A DNA stretch of 64,000 nucleotides. Source: Octopus sinensis. Taxonomy: Eukaryota. The stretch spans positions 69,378,001 through 69,442,000 of the forward strand of contig NC_043000.1 of the NCBI RefSeq assembly GCF_006345805.1. The letters run 5' to 3'. Positions 40,571 to 58,583 of this stretch are shown piece after piece. The notes beneath the pieces were generated by a model that was not told the origin of the DNA, ran no database searches, and saw only the letters and a program-made list of their open reading frames with translations. The stretch's first letter is position 1; each line of letters opens with the position of its first letter. The translations under genes and the position numbers were made by a program.

Positions 40571-42060
40571 TCGTTACCATTCCTAGATATAATGGTAATT
40601 AAAAAAGACACCACCATCACCACAGATATATACTATAAACACACAGACACACATCAATACCTAAATTTTAAGTCGTGTCATCCACCACATGCAAAACGCA
40701 ACATCCCATACTGCCTAGCCAGAAGAATTTGTACCATTATAGAAGATGCAAATATCAGGAACAAACGCCTAACAGAACTAAGAGAATTTTTGCTCACACA
40801 AAAATACCCATCTCTACTTATAGAAAATGACATACAGCGGGCTATAAAAATACCCATACAACAACTTAGGACAACCCAAGGAAGAGGAAAACATGAACAA
40901 GTCATACCATTCATAGTGACACACAACCCATGTCACCAGAATATCTTCAACATTGCCAAAGCAAACCTACCAATCATTGCCCAAAGTAATAAATTAAAAG
41001 ACATAATCACGGATCGAGCTATGGTTCTTAGTAAAAGACAGCCTAAAAACTTGATTAAATTACTAACAAAGGCAAAATTTGACCTTAGCAACAAAGACCA
41101 AACATTCACTGTATCTAAATGCAATGATAGCCGATGTGGCACATGCCAATTCATACATACCGGCCAATATATAAACACAAAAAACGGGAAAATATTCACA
41201 AACGCGAATATGAACTGCAAAAGCAGAAATTTAATTTACTGCATCAAATGCCCAAATTGTGAAGAAATATATGTAGGTCAGACGGGAAATGCACTATCAG
41301 AACGCTCACGTGTACACCGACAACAGATTAAAGACCCAGAGGTCCGCCAGATACCTTTAAGTAACCACCTAGCAACATGTGGTCGGAAAACATATATAAT
41401 ATTTCCATTCTACAAATGACACAGCCCAAGTGAAATCGAGAGGAAAATCAGAGAAAAGAATTTTATTGATAAATTCGAACCCAAGCTAAATAAGCAATAA
41501 TAATAATACTTAGATAGCAGGAAAATTATCTTATTTAGGGTTAAAAGTTCTATTGCCACCACCATCACCACTAGCAGCAATAATTAAGGTGCTGACAATG
41601 ATGATGATGACAATTGAAATATAAAAATATAAAAATCTCTGATAAAGGCTATTTACAACATTTCTAAAAATAGCCCAACAATTGCTGCCTCGGCCAGGGT
41701 TAAGATACAGGACTCTTGACATGTCCAACAAAGCGTGACGCCTAAACCAATCAGCTCAACCAACCAATCAGCTTAAGTAATTGAGTGATACTACACACTG
41801 ATTGGTCAGAATACAGTTTGCAAAACCTAGCAACCTGGAGCCTACGCAGCTGTATTTAAGGCACAGATTCAATCATCTCGCTACAGTCAAAAATTGTGAA
41901 GCATGACTGTCACCACTACTACATGAACCTGAAGATTGCGGAATTTAATGCATGAAAGTACTAGTTCAATCAGAATGAACATTTAACATTCTATTATTTT
42001 ATTTTATTTTATTTTATTATATTATATTATCTTATATCATTATAAGATTGTAAATAAAAC
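40571..42060 (+). mobile_element. 5'-truncated Penelope-like element (RT thumb + GIY-YIG endonuclease + 3' pseudo-LTR)
   Basis: LPFLDI, TDIYYKHTDTHQYLNFKSCHP, CxxxxCxxC, NLIYCIKCPNCEEIYVGQTG..LSER..VHR. The ORF runs past a TGA at 41417 to EPKLNKQ* (~41500). CCAAT boxes and a TATTTAA upstream of the 3' hammerhead. Confidence 0.93.
41924..41968 (+). ncRNA. Minimal type-I hammerhead ribozyme in the Penelope 3' region
   Basis: UGAAC-CUGAAGA-U UGC..GCA U-GAAA-GUAC-UA-GUUCA, with a palindromic AGUACU stem III. Confidence 0.75.
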
Positions 42061-42210
42061 GTGAAAATTAGACAAGGCTGGAATTCCTTTTATTAATATA
42101 TTCTTCTATACACAATCACACACACCCGTACATATATCTATATATAAATATATATATATATAGGTTGATCGATCGATCGATAGATAGATAGACATACAGA
42201 CAGACAGACT

Positions 42211-42279
<69 letters not shown>

Positions 42280-42599
42280 GTAGAATGATAGATAAATAGA
42301 TAGATAGATAGATATGAGATGCGTTCAAAAAGGTTCGGGTGAATAGGGAGAGTCGGTAAGCGTGGTCGTGTCATTTTTGGTCAAGAACGTCTCACACAAC
42401 GTGATGTGCGCAGGCGCATTGCCGTGATGAAACCACAAATCTCCACTTTTCCACAGTTTGGGGCTTTCTCCTGGGATGTTGTCAAGATGTTTCTGTCATC
42501 CCTTTTTTTTTATCATACCTAGGGCACCTATAATAAAAGATTTGTTTATCAGTTACTCGACCTTAACCACGTGAGCATTATTATTATATTCATACACAC

Positions 42600-45500
42600 A
42601 CAACAGATTGGACTGTTGGAAGAGAAAAAATCCTAACATCGAACGACAACAAGTAACCTTAGATGCTATGAGGTCTCCTAAGTATCTTGGCTGTCCCTAA
42701 CAACATTCTTTTCTGGAGCTGTACTAAACAGGGTTTCATACCTATTTCCTCTATCAAGCTATTCAGATTTGTAGGGATAGTTCATAATGCGCCTGTAAAT
42801 ACTGGGATACATTTTACCTGCATTTTCCATAGAATCTGCAATTCAATGGCTAAGTCCTGGTACTTTGCTAGTTTTTCTATACCTCTCATATTGATTTGTT
42901 CATCCTTTGGGACTGTAAATTCAAGTATTCAGCACTTTCTAATCTCTTTATCTGCAACTACTAAGTCAGGCCTTCTAACTTCTATTACTCTGTCAGTCTG
43001 AAGTCTGAAGTCCCACAACATCTTGTATTTCTTACTTTCTAGTACTTTACTAGGTTCATTTTCGTACCATTTATCCCTGTGTCCAAATCCTAGCTTTCTA
43101 CATAGCTTCCAGTGGATTACTCTCCCTAGGTTGCCTTGTCTTTTCTTGTATTTTTTCTGTGCCATCATGCTACATTCACTTACTATATAAGTAACACATT
43201 CCTCTTGATTTGCATAACCTACATTGGAGATCTACTTTTTTTGTCTATGTTGGTTTTTATCCAATTAGTCCTTAATGCAGCTACTAACAAACTGTCTATC
43301 TTTTCAGCCTTCTTTTCTGCAACTATAACCATGTCTCACAACTACTATTTGCTGCAACTATCTTTGGGATTCTACCATGCAACGCCTTCCCCTGTCAGTC
43401 AGATAATTTCTGTTCTTTTTTTCTAGTTTTTAAGTTCGATTGGTTTTTGGTTTCCCTATGTCTTGCTTTGACTCTAGCAGCTTTTAAAAGCTTTCTTCAT
43501 TATTGCCTACATAGGAGTCTATATCTACTCTTGCAAACTCCCCGTAGTCTTCTACTGGTATTAACCCTCTTCCACCTTCCTTTCTAGGTAGTTATAATCT
43601 TGCTACTCCTGCCCTTAGGTGGAGTCCTCTATTCATATTGAATTCCTTCCTAGTTCTTCCTTCCGTCAATCTTTTCCAATTCAGTTTTTGTCCAATCTAC
43701 AAAAGCTGCTGAGTATCTTAGTAATGACACTGCCCGAATATTTACAGCCTTCACTAGATTCGCACCATTTAGCTTTGACTTTACTAGCTTTCCCACTCTT
43801 TTGGTGTATTCCTTTTCAATTTTCGCTTTCATTTCTGTAATTAGTATTATGTCAGATTCTAATACTCCTAGATACTTATAACTCTCTGCTCCTTTCAATG
43901 ATTTTAATGCTTGGCCATCTGGTTATTGGATGCCTTCACTGTTGGCTACCTTTCTCCTTCTCATGATTAATATTGCACACTTATCTATGCCAAATCATGC
44001 CTACATCTTTGCTGAAGAGTCTTACAGTCTATATTTAGGTATCTATCTCTTTTTCATTCTTACTAAAAAGCTTCAGATCATCCATGAAGAGCAAATAGCT
44101 AATTCTTCTCTTACTATTTCTGAACTGATACCCTACATTTGCCTTTCTTAATACTAAACTGAGGGGGACCAAACATAACACAAATATTAAAGGACAAATA
44201 TCAAGAGAGTCTCTCTGGAACATTCCTCTCTTGATATTAACCTTCTCTAAGAGTGTGTCACCTGAGTAGAGATCTACTTTCCATTATTTCATGCTAAAGC
44301 TAACTAATTCTTTTATATTGTCTTCTATGCTGAATATACTCAAACATTCACTTATCCATGAGTGTGGGAACATGTCATAAGCTTTCTTATAATCTATCCA
44401 TGCTATTGGTAGATTTTTCTAGGTTTTATTTCATTTAGAACTGCTTTATTTATAATAGATGATGCGTTCCTCTAACCTTCTTCCTGCACGCCTTCTGTTC
44501 TTTTGGCAGTAAATAATGGTTGTCAAATTGCTCGCAAATGCTTTCTGAAAGCATTCTTGTAAGCATCTTGTACACTACTGGTAAGCAAGTGATTGATCTA
44601 TAGTTGTTAACTGTATTACCCTTGCACTTACCTTTCATGATGAGTATTGTCCTCCCTCCAGTCCTCTAGTCATTCAATCTGGTATTATTGTCCCATTAAG
44701 GCAATCTTGAAGTTTACCCTCCCATGTAAACTACTAAATTTCCATAGCTAATACCCTTGAACTAAATCTAGTCCTGGTCCCTTTCAATTCGGCATTTTCT
44801 TATCATTTTACTCATTAATGCACTAGTTAGTGTAAGATCTGGCTGCTTCTCAGTCACTACTTCTTCCTTCACTTTCTTTAACTATACTGCATCTCCATTA
44901 TGATTGACTGGCTAATCCCAAATATTACTCCAGAACCTTCTAGCTTCTTTTGCATGAGGTTTCTCATCTTCAGAAGTTTGTTCTCCACTATTTATTTGGC
45001 TATAAAATCTCATCTGGTCTGTTTCAAATAATCTCTTCTGTTGATATTGATCTATTCTTTTATAATATCTGGAGAGCTTGCCTGCTACTGTTATCATACG
45101 CAGTTACAGTTCTTCTGTTACTGTCTCAAATCCTTTCTCTTCGACTAGTTATCTTTTCTAGAGGAAAGATTTGCATATTGTGTTTCCTAATTTGTTCTGT
45201 TTCCAGGCCTCTATTCTACTCAGATCTTGTTTTAAATATTCACTTTGTTTTGTGGTTTCTTTTGCCACACCTACTCTTTTTTAATCTTTCTCTATGCGAT
45301 ATCTAATCTTCTAGTGACTAATGCCCCTCTTGTACAGATCAATAAGTTATATTTTTAGTATCTATTCTACTGATAACAAAATCTACTTTCCTAGTCATTT
45401 TAGCAGCTTCTTTCTGTTGGTGTCTTTTAATGCTGGCAATATTTTTCTTCCTGAAACGCATCTACAATCTTCTGATCTTCCCCACTAACATCAATTAAGT

Positions 45501-46050
45501 CGCTGGTGCTAGTTGTCCCTTCCTTATTGGCATTATTTTTTCCTTTAGGTTCTTCTTTGGTTTGAGCTGTATCTCTTAAGTTGTTTGTCTTTCCTACTGC
45601 CTGATCTTTCTTTCTCAGTTCTCTTGTGATCTGTTCTACCTCCTATTCTGTCATCCACTTTCTTCTCCTAAAAGCATTAGTTAGATCTACTAATCTCAGC
45701 TCAGTCACTTTAAACATACCCTTTTCTACCCAAAATGTTAACATCCGTTTTCAATAGCCCCTTCTTTTAGGTTCACCTAAGTAGCACTGCATCACTATCC
45801 TGTTTCCTTCGCTGGTCCACTTCCTCCTCCTTGCTCTATTATCGGCTGATGCTGTATTAGGATAATAGCTGTGGTCTGTCTGCATATTTACTGATCCACT
45901 GCCGAGCGAGAAGCCTTCCCTTAAATGCCTAGCTTCATTTTCGCGGTTGCAACCAGAATTTCTTTGGAAATACCTTCTCTCATAAACTGGGTTAAGGCGA
46001 AGTTCGTCACCAATGTCATCACCACTATTATTTTTCGACATCTGATAGTT
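42600..46050 (-). mobile_element. Near full-length, heavily decayed R4/Dong-clade element, family C
   Basis: N-terminal RRRKWTSEGNRIVMQCY..PKRRGY; NYRSITCL; YLLFMDDLKL; YKYLG; LWDFRLQTDRVIEVRRPDLVV. Confidence 0.88.
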
Positions 46051-46700
46051 TCAAGCAACTTTCTATTGCATAATTTGTTGCATATTTGTGCTGGTGAGAT
46101 GGTGTGTGCTGCATTTTGGGTGAGGGGAATACTGTATTACATCAGTATGCTTTGTTATGGGGTTTGGTTTGAGCCTTCTGTTGTATTAGATTTTGTATTG
46201 TGTGTTGTTTGTGCAACTCAGATTGTGTGCTGTCGGTTGTCGGCCTTTTATGGCACACGTTGTGGGCTTTGTTCATTTTGTTGGGTACTTACGGTATGCG
46301 TTTATTCCTGTATGGTTTTGGAGGAGTGTTGCATAGTAGTGTGTGTAAAACATAAATCAACCATTTTATAGTATTCTTGCTTGTCTGTCCATCGTTCTTT
46401 CTTTTTTGGTTTGGTTTTCTTATGTGTCCGTTTTTACAACCTTTTCACAGAACACCGCCCATGGACATGTGTTGATGTTTCTTTGATATTTATAATTATT
46501 ACTGATGTATAAGTGAGAGATTGAGAAGAAACAGCAATGTGCGTATACATAGAGGTCTTGTATAAATATGGGTGTATATATAATTAAGATTTAAAATTTA
46601 AAATTTTACTCAAAGGTTTGCAGTTTTCGTTTAGAAATATTTGAGTCCATGTGTTTACATTTTCACGCGCGTGTTGCTGTGACTCGCATCTGAGGGAAGC

Positions 46701-46731
<31 letters not shown>

Positions 46732-46874
46732 TCCATATAAGTAAAATCTTTCAGTTTCGTGAGATGGCTTGCATTAAAACATACTTTACTTTTATTGTTT
46801 TTGCGGATTACTAATTCCTACTTCGTGACGGTTTCAGATTTGATACATTTTCCCGGCAGCTCTCTGTCACACGT

Positions 46875-47046
46875 CTTCTTCTTTTTCTTCTTCTTCTTTT
46901 TCTTCTTCTTCTTCTTCTTCTTCTTCTTCTTCTTCTTCTTCTTCTTCTTCTTCTTCGTCTTCTTCTTCTTCTTCTCCTCCTCCTCCTTCTCCTCCCCCTC
47001 CTCCTCCTCACTCCCCTCCTCCTTCTCCCTTCCCCCTCCCCCTCTT

Positions 47047-47083
<37 letters not shown>

Positions 47084-47155
47084 GTAGTAGTAGTAGTAGT
47101 AGCAGTAGTAGTATTTGTAGTAGTAGCAGCAGCAGCAGTAGTAGTAGTTGTTGTT
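46875..47155. repeat. Compound microsatellite (CTT/CCT/TTA/TAG/CAG)
   Basis: Direct reading. Confidence 0.92.
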
Positions 47156-47164
47156 GTATTGTGG

Positions 47165-47660
47165 AATGAGAGAGCAGTGCATGCCATCAAAGTGACACTA
47201 TAGTACCCGTCTCATAAGGGTACACCAGGCACATGCATCACAACCATATGTGCGCAACATGGTGATCTCATATCTAGATACAGCACATAACCTTGCAGGT
47301 CGACACAGAATTTTTTCAGGAGGAGTGGCCTTTGAATAAGGGTATTTTAAGGATGATGAAAAAACACCCATCTTCCCAAAGGTGAATTATTCAAACCCCA
47401 AAGAATTCCTCTCAACACATGGCTATAATGCTCCTCCACTACTCATACTCTGATCAGAGATACACATATCGTCAGCTACTAAGGGGCATGCTCAACTGGT
47501 TAAGGTCGAGCAACTGACAAGCAAAGCTGTGCTTTTGAGCAGAATATTTGCTGTAGCTCATCTTTTATACCAAGACAAAACAATGCACATTATAACACTT
47601 CCAATCAGATATAAGATCAGAAGCCATGGGAACCACTGACTGGTAATGCATCAATACATT
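47165..47660. mobile_element. Probable non-coding interspersed repeat between microsatellites
   Basis: Higher-complexity ~500-bp block bounded by TAG/TTG and TTA/TTG arrays. It resembles a common octopus repeat from memory; there is no second copy in this window. Confidence 0.35.
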
Positions 47661-47687
47661 ATTATTATCGTTATTATTATTGTTATT

Positions 47688-49624
<1,937 letters not shown>

Positions 49625-49641
49625 TATTATTATTATTATTA

Positions 49642-50736
49642 CTTTTTTTTCTTCTTTCAAATTTGCTTCCATTTCTTGCCGAGTGTCTTCCCGACTCCTA
49701 GGGCAAAGAAACTCATAGTATACATTGGTAGGCCATTAAACCAAACTCAATAGTTCGTTCATTTTTTTTTCGCTCTCTGCTTTTAGCCCTGAGCTCCGTA
49801 GCCACTGATGGGTTTGCTTCTGGTCAACATCAGCTTGTTTGCTGCGGGTCACATATTTGCCGTGCAGAGGTTTCTCCTCCCACCTATCAGCCAATTGCTC
49901 GTGCGCTTTTTTCATTGCCATCATTTTCACCTTCTTTGCAACAATAATTGCCGTACTTCCCTCGGGTTGTTCTGTTTGGGTATCCTGCACGAGATCAATA
50001 GCAAATTTTTTGCTTTCCTTTATGATAGAATGAAGCTTCTTTCGTCTCTCGTGATTTTCCACGAGCTTTAGCATCCAGTTATTCGATATTTCGAGATATT
50101 TGGCCAGTCCAATTGTTTTGTAAGCTAGTTCAAATTGGATCAGGCCTCGACCTCCTTGAGCTCTGGGAAGGTAAAGGCGATCTACGTCTGCCTTTGGGTG
50201 GTGCATCCTATTACAACTCAGCAGCTTGCGTATTTTCCTATCTATATTTTTTACTTCACTCATATTCCAGTTCAACACATTGTAGCTATAAGTAACAACT
50301 GGAACTGCTAAGGAATTTATAGCTAACACCTTGTTACGTGCATTTAGTTCAGATTTCAGGACTGCACGAACATTCTTTCCTGATCTTCTCTTTCATGCTT
50401 GCATGCTGAATACCAGAGCCTTCATTTATCCCTAAATATTTGTATGTTTGTTCTTGCTCAAGCTCACTTATGACTGTGTCAACATCTAACACGACTGAAT
50501 TTGTGGTCTTCACTTTCCCTTTCTGGAAAGTGGCCTTGGCACACTTCTCAAGTCCAAACTCCATCCCGATGTCATCGCTGAATGCTTTCACGGCGCGCAA
50601 TAGGCTTTCAAGTTCATTATTGTCTTTACCATAAAGTTTTAAGTCATCCATATAAAATAGGTGGCTTATTTTTTTTATTGGCAATTTTATACCCATACCC
50701 TGTTCTGTTTAATTCACTTGTAAGGGGTATTAGGGC

Positions 50737-50737
<1 letters not shown>
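49642..50737 (-). mobile_element. R4/Dong family B copy, 5'-truncated with the RLE region deleted
   Basis: HLFYMDDLKL, FGLEKC, HPKADVDRLYLPRAQGGRGL; GLKAESE is fused directly to the 3' UTR. Confidence 0.9.
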
Positions 50738-50772
<35 letters not shown>

Positions 50773-50786
50773 TATTATTATTATTA

Positions 50787-50863
<77 letters not shown>

Positions 50864-50888
50864 ATTATTATTATTATTATTATTATTA

Positions 50889-52180
<1,292 letters not shown>

Positions 52181-52204
52181 GTGTGTATGTATATATATAT
52201 ATAT

Positions 52205-52423
52205 ATTTCTTTACTACCCACAAGGGGCTAAACACAGAGGGGACAAACAAGGACAGACAAACGGATTAAGTCGACTACATTGACCCCAGTGCGCAACTGG
52301 TACTTAATTTATCGACCCCGAAAGGATGAAAGGCAAAGTCGACCTCGGCGGAATTTGAACTCAGAACGGCAGACGAAATACGGCCATGCATTTCGCCCGG
52401 CGTGCTAACGTTTCTGCCAGCTC
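52205..52423 (-). mobile_element. SINE family 1 copy
   Basis: Reverse complement of the 3261 copy, including the CCCCTTGTGGGTAGTAAAGAAAT tail. Confidence 0.88.
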
Positions 52424-52444
52424 TACATACATGCATACACTGTT

Positions 52445-52830
52445 TGCTTGTACTCGTTTTAGTCACTGGATCCGTGCTGTTGTGCCAGGATGAATTGTTT
52501 TAGTCAGACGAATCTATCCCCGTACTTATTCCTTTATAAAACTTGCTACTTTTACTATTGGTCTCTTATGGAAAACCCTAATTTACGGAGAGGTAAACAA
52601 ACCAACACCTCTTGTCCTGCATTATGACTGAAAAACAAACAGAGAGACTGTTATTCATAGATATAGACACAGGTATATATACGGTAGCATTCTTTCAGTT
52701 TCCGTCTGCTAAATCCACTCACGAGATTTTGAATGACTCGGGATTATGGTAAAAGTACTTGCTTAAGATGCCAGGCATTGCTACTGAACTCAGAGCCATG
52801 TGATTTGGAAGCAAACCTCATTCTTTAGAG
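52445..52830 (-). mobile_element. Diverged SINE family 2 copy
   Basis: Similar to the reverse complement of 22587..22992 (TTTCAGTTTCCGTCTGCTAAATCCACTCAC; TTGGAAGCAAAC). Confidence 0.6.
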
Positions 52831-52912
52831 CCGTTCGTACTTCTATAAAGAAATTCCACAAGACATATTGGCAGATGTTTTAACGATTCCTGCAGCTCGC
52901 ACTACGTGCGCG

Positions 52913-52948
<36 letters not shown>

Positions 52949-54151
52949 TATAACTGAGTTGAACTTTTCTTACAATTAACTTCATATCGAATTTTAAATT
53001 GAAACCGAAGTGTTTTAAAAATGAAATATCAAACTGGTTGCAATATGACCCCAAAATGTTGCAGTTACTTGATATATCATAAAACATTGGCATGTAAAAA
53101 TAATCACACACACGCACTCACACACACACACACAGAGAGATATATATGTATATATATATATATATATATATACATACACATGTACAAACACATGCATACG
53201 GATAGAATGCATATATACACAAAACAAAACATACAAATCTGCACATATGCATACATACAGAAAATACCCTGTTGATGTTGTTGAAATGAAGAAACCTTGG
53301 ATCTAGGATAGAAACCGGCTGTTTCTTTATTGGCAAGAAATCTTGAAATAAAACTGAAGAATGACATAAACAGAGGCTGTATATGTATCTAGGTATCGTG
53401 CGCGCACACACGTATACACACACGCACACACGCGCGCATACACACACACAAGAACATATACGCGCGCGCTGATGTATTTGTAAGTGTTTATGAGTGTACG
53501 TGTGTGTGTATATATATTGATATACATGCATATGTACATACGTATATACATACATACGTACTTACATACATACATGTATATATATACATAATACATAAAC
53601 ATACCTGTGTGTATGTACGTATGTATGCATACATGTCTACATTCAGATAGAAATATACATGCACACACACACATATCTGTATGTATGTAGTTTCATATTT
53701 CCTGTATTTTTTGTGCTCCTTGTATACATGTGCTTGTATAAATGTATGTACACATATATAATGTGTGTGTGTGTGTGTTTGCATAAAAACACCATATCTG
53801 TCTAGTGTCAATCCCTGGCGGTCTAATAGCGCAACACCAGTCAATGTTGTCGACTGTTTTAGTTAAAACTGCGGCTTTTAATTTGGCCAGAGTATTTTGT
53901 CTTTGGTAATTCCTATTGAAAACGGCTAAAGAGCTAGAAACGCTGCGGCTGCGAATCCGGGAGAAGGCGATACTGGGCAGATATGGTATTTTTACACGGT
54001 TTACCATAAGAGAATTTTTTTCTCTCTACGGTAATTAGAGAATTTGCCTTTCGAAGTTGAAATATATCACAACCATTTTAAGTAACCTAAAGTTCGCTTA
54101 TGCCTAAACACAGCTTCGCACTGATTATGCTGAATATATACATACATATAC

Positions 54152-54188
<37 letters not shown>

Positions 54189-55376
54189 ACACATTCTTTA
54201 TTTTCTCTCCTTGTTTCTTTCTGTGTTCCTTTCTGTGGATGAGTGTAGGCTCGAAACGTTAAAGACCTTTTCACTTCTCGAGCGTTATATTAATGCATCT
54301 GTTTGTTGTCTACACCACCTATCTTCGTCTTTTGTTTTTTGTGAATTCTCCCCCCACTATATATGTATATATGTATGTATGTATGTATGTACGTATTTAT
54401 GTGTGTATGTATGTATGTATATACATGTGTGTAGGTGTGTAAAAAGTGTATATCTTAGATATATAGATATGTTTTGGCCAAAGATCTGTCCTAGCTTGAT
54501 AGCACCACCTGATTTTTAAATCAAGTTTTGTGGTATCGTGGCCCATTCAAATAACGAGTTATGGTTGACTGAGAGGAATGCATGTATAGGTGGTTTATCT
54601 GGTATACCTTGAAGAAATTAGTCCAGGTTTTGTTTTAAGCTGATGGAATGTTTTTCTTCTTTGAATTATTTTGTGATAATGTTTGGGCAATGCTGGTGGT
54701 ATATTCTCTACATTGTGCAAATGATGTACAGCTCATGGCGGCGTTGGAGAGATTAACGATTCAATGTTTCAAGGTCGTCCCAATAATCAAGATCATTCAT
54801 GCCCTTTATGTTTCTAGTGAATGTTACCTGGGGTGACTCAAATTTCGTAATGTTTTATTTGATGCGGAGAAACCACAGGTGGGCAGTATTAGTCTAGATG
54901 TGATCGTACACGTACAAAGGAAGAGAACAAGAGAATGACGGCATCTTGCTCTCTGGACCGGAAAATTCTGAGAATTCATGAGCTCATTCTGTGAGCCTTA
55001 TCTCTAGTTGAGATTGTTAACTACAATCACTCCTAAGTCCCTGATATTATTGAATGCCGTGAGTTCCCCTGAAGGATGATGTAAGTTCCTCCGTGTAGTC
55101 TTCCTGCAGGAAGAGAATATCGTTGTTTGAGCGCAGTTTTTTTGCCAAAATGCATGAGTTCAAATTTTCCCTCATTTAATATATAGAATCTCCAATGGGT
55201 TATTCTCCAGAAAATATTCAAAACAAATATTACTTTTAAATCGTTCTTGAGTCTTTGACAGGATGGGAGATTCTATACAGATTTCTACACGTATACCTTT
55301 GGAACTCCTATCATACAATGAAATACGTATAACATGGAATTTAAAATATATCAAATGATTTTCCCTTATCAGTTTA

Positions 55377-55411
<35 letters not shown>

Positions 55412-56584
55412 ATAAATATATATATATGTGTTACATACATGCACACACACGCACACACGATGGTTGTAGCTTGATTTCAAGGAATGCCATCACTTGATTG
55501 TTCTTTCAAATGCGAGCGTCACGGATGTGACTTTTCAGTCATGTTAGGGACCTACCCTCTTTTTTTTTTTCATAGTTATAGTAACCATGGGTACCTAATT
55601 CAATAGGTGTTCAGAGTATTTGGCCAATTTCGGCTGCGGTCAGCAACATGTGATAGAAATGTTAATAGGGATGTTAAAAATTAAGCAATGACTATGCTTG
55701 AAGCTTTTTAAATCGAGGAATGTTCATGCACAGGGCCAATTCTAATCTCTAAACAATGTTTGCATTTGCGCAAAATGAACTAGTATACATCATTTGACAC
55801 GAATGAAGTCGCAGGTGTTTCATCAGGGTTTTCTTTTTCCTAGAGAAATGTCCAAAGGAGGAGTAACGATCTCTCTCTCCCAGCAGTTAAATAGCAGTTG
55901 AATCTATTCAATTCAACCGCTATTTGATAGATTTTCCTATTCGTCTTGTAAGGTGTCCAAAAAGTAATAATAAAGATAATAATAAAAAAAAAACGTAAAG
56001 CATCCTTCTTACCAAGTAAGCATAGTAGGATTGCGGGCTTAGTAGTCGACGCCCGACCATGTTGTATTGGGTTACTTGTTACCAGTAACACTGGGAGTGA
56101 TCTTTCATATACATTCAGACGTACATACGTACATACGAACGAACATACGAACAAACATACGAACAGATACACACGAATGCATATATACACATATATACAC
56201 AACACCCACCCACACATATATGCATATAGGCATTATATAAATGTTGTAGTTGCACTTTTCTTGCACTTCTCAAATTGTATATTGAAAACGAAGTAATTTA
56301 AAGATGAGATACAGCGTTTGCTACTATGTAACACAAAAATATTGCTGTTACTTGATATTATAGCATCAAAAATTGCCATTTAAAATTCAAAATTGTATAT
56401 ATATATATATATAAATACAAACACACACACACACACACATACACACACACATATATATATATATATAATGAAATTTAAAAACGCTAGTTGCTGAGATATC
56501 AACTTTCTACATTAATAACTCTCCGAACCATGCTAGCATGGAACATAGGCGTTAAGTTAAATGTAAAAAGAAAGCTGTGAACTC

Positions 56585-56659
<75 letters not shown>

Positions 56660-57013
56660 AAATACACGTAACCAAAGAACAGGTACAGATTATAAACAAT
56701 GAAAGGCTGATATAAATAGAGATACGCGTGAGAAGCGAATACACACATTTCATATATTAGATGAGATTGTGACAAATTTTTGAGACAATCAATTTCTGAA
56801 AGTTACTTCGCAAAGAGTTACCTCCCGTTCCCACGTAACCCAGGAACGGGTATTTTCTGCGCCCAGGAGACCAGTTATTCCTTATGTGAAGAATTTTAAG
56901 AGTCTAAAACCATCTCTGGAACGTAAGTAATGTATGTTCCCACTTTGGAGAAAATCAGTTGAAAAATACGCCCGTTATAATCTTTTACACACACACAAAG
57001 AACGGGATCTTTA

Positions 57014-57044
<31 letters not shown>

Positions 57045-57266
57045 CATACTACATACATATATATATGTGTGTGTGTGTGTGTGTATGTATGTATATGTAT
57101 ATATATATATATGTATTAATGTATGTATATATATACATATATATATATATGTATATATATATAATGTATATATATATATATATATATATATATTCATACA
57201 CATACATGCCTCTCTCTTCCCACTCTCTCTCTCTCTCGCCAGCCCCATTATTTCTCTCTCTCTCTA

Positions 57267-57302
<36 letters not shown>

Positions 57303-57306
57303 TCCC

Positions 57307-57359
<53 letters not shown>

Positions 57360-58318
57360 TTAATACAATCTGGGAAAAAATCCAACCTTGAAGTGTGCTT
57401 TCCAAAGCTCATTTATAGGTATCGGCTACCAAATGCTATGATAGTGAGACTTTGCCTGTCACTGGAAAAACATTTGAAAATCCATAAATATCCGTAGCAT
57501 TTATACATAAATATTAACGAGAAAAGATGGACTGAGCATGCTTCATCACATACAACTACAATTGTTACAGCATATCACTATCATATCTTCATCGCTCAAT
57601 GTTATATATATTATAAGCAACACATTCTATTAATTAAATACTACTGCTCCCATTCTCACCTGATGAAATACGTCTACCAATATTACTGAAGAGTAATAAT
57701 TGGCAATGTGTCGTTTATAATATAATATTCAACAATGAGCAGCTGGTAGTGATGTGCTGAAACAATTGGAAAGATATGTAAAAGGGTACATTCAATTTGT
57801 CTTCTCTTAATTTATATAATCATACAAAGAACGACCCTTCATCAGTTGTCCGCTGTGTTTCTAATCCCGAAATACTTATTAGAAAAACAGCCGACAACTG
57901 ATGAAGGGTCGTTCCTTGTGTTGTTTGACTTATTTTCCATTTGTTTCTTTATTGTTCGCAAAAAGTTCATATTGCATGTCCTCGTACTTCGTATTTTTGT
58001 TGTTTACGTTTTGTGATGCCCAGTGCCCACATATGCATATGTATATACGTATACATGTAAGTGAGTACGTATACGTATGTATATATGCATATATATATAT
58101 ATCTTTCATCAACACCCGCGTCTTCATCCTTGCCATCTTTACTTTGTTCGTTGTCAAAGATGGCATCAAGCGTGCCAATGTGAGATCTTATGAGTGCATA
58201 GGAGCGTATAAACTCCTGCTTTTTTCGTTCTATCTGCGCTATCGTTCTTTTATATCTACTGCTCTTCAGCGCAGCTGTAATTATGTTGTTCGGATTATCT
58301 CCATCGTGTGTGTGTGTG

Positions 58319-58361
<43 letters not shown>

Positions 58362-58534
58362 TATTTACATTATTTACATTTGACGGATATTTGTCCTCAT
58401 CTTGCTTGTTGTTAACACGATTCGGCTGATATACCCTCCAGCCTTCATCAGGTGTCTTGGGGGGAAATTTCGAATCTGGGTTCTTATTCCTAAGGTATTT
58501 TTCGATGTTATTATTATTATTACTATTATTATTA

Positions 58535-58580
<46 letters not shown>

Positions 58581-58583
<3 letters not shown>

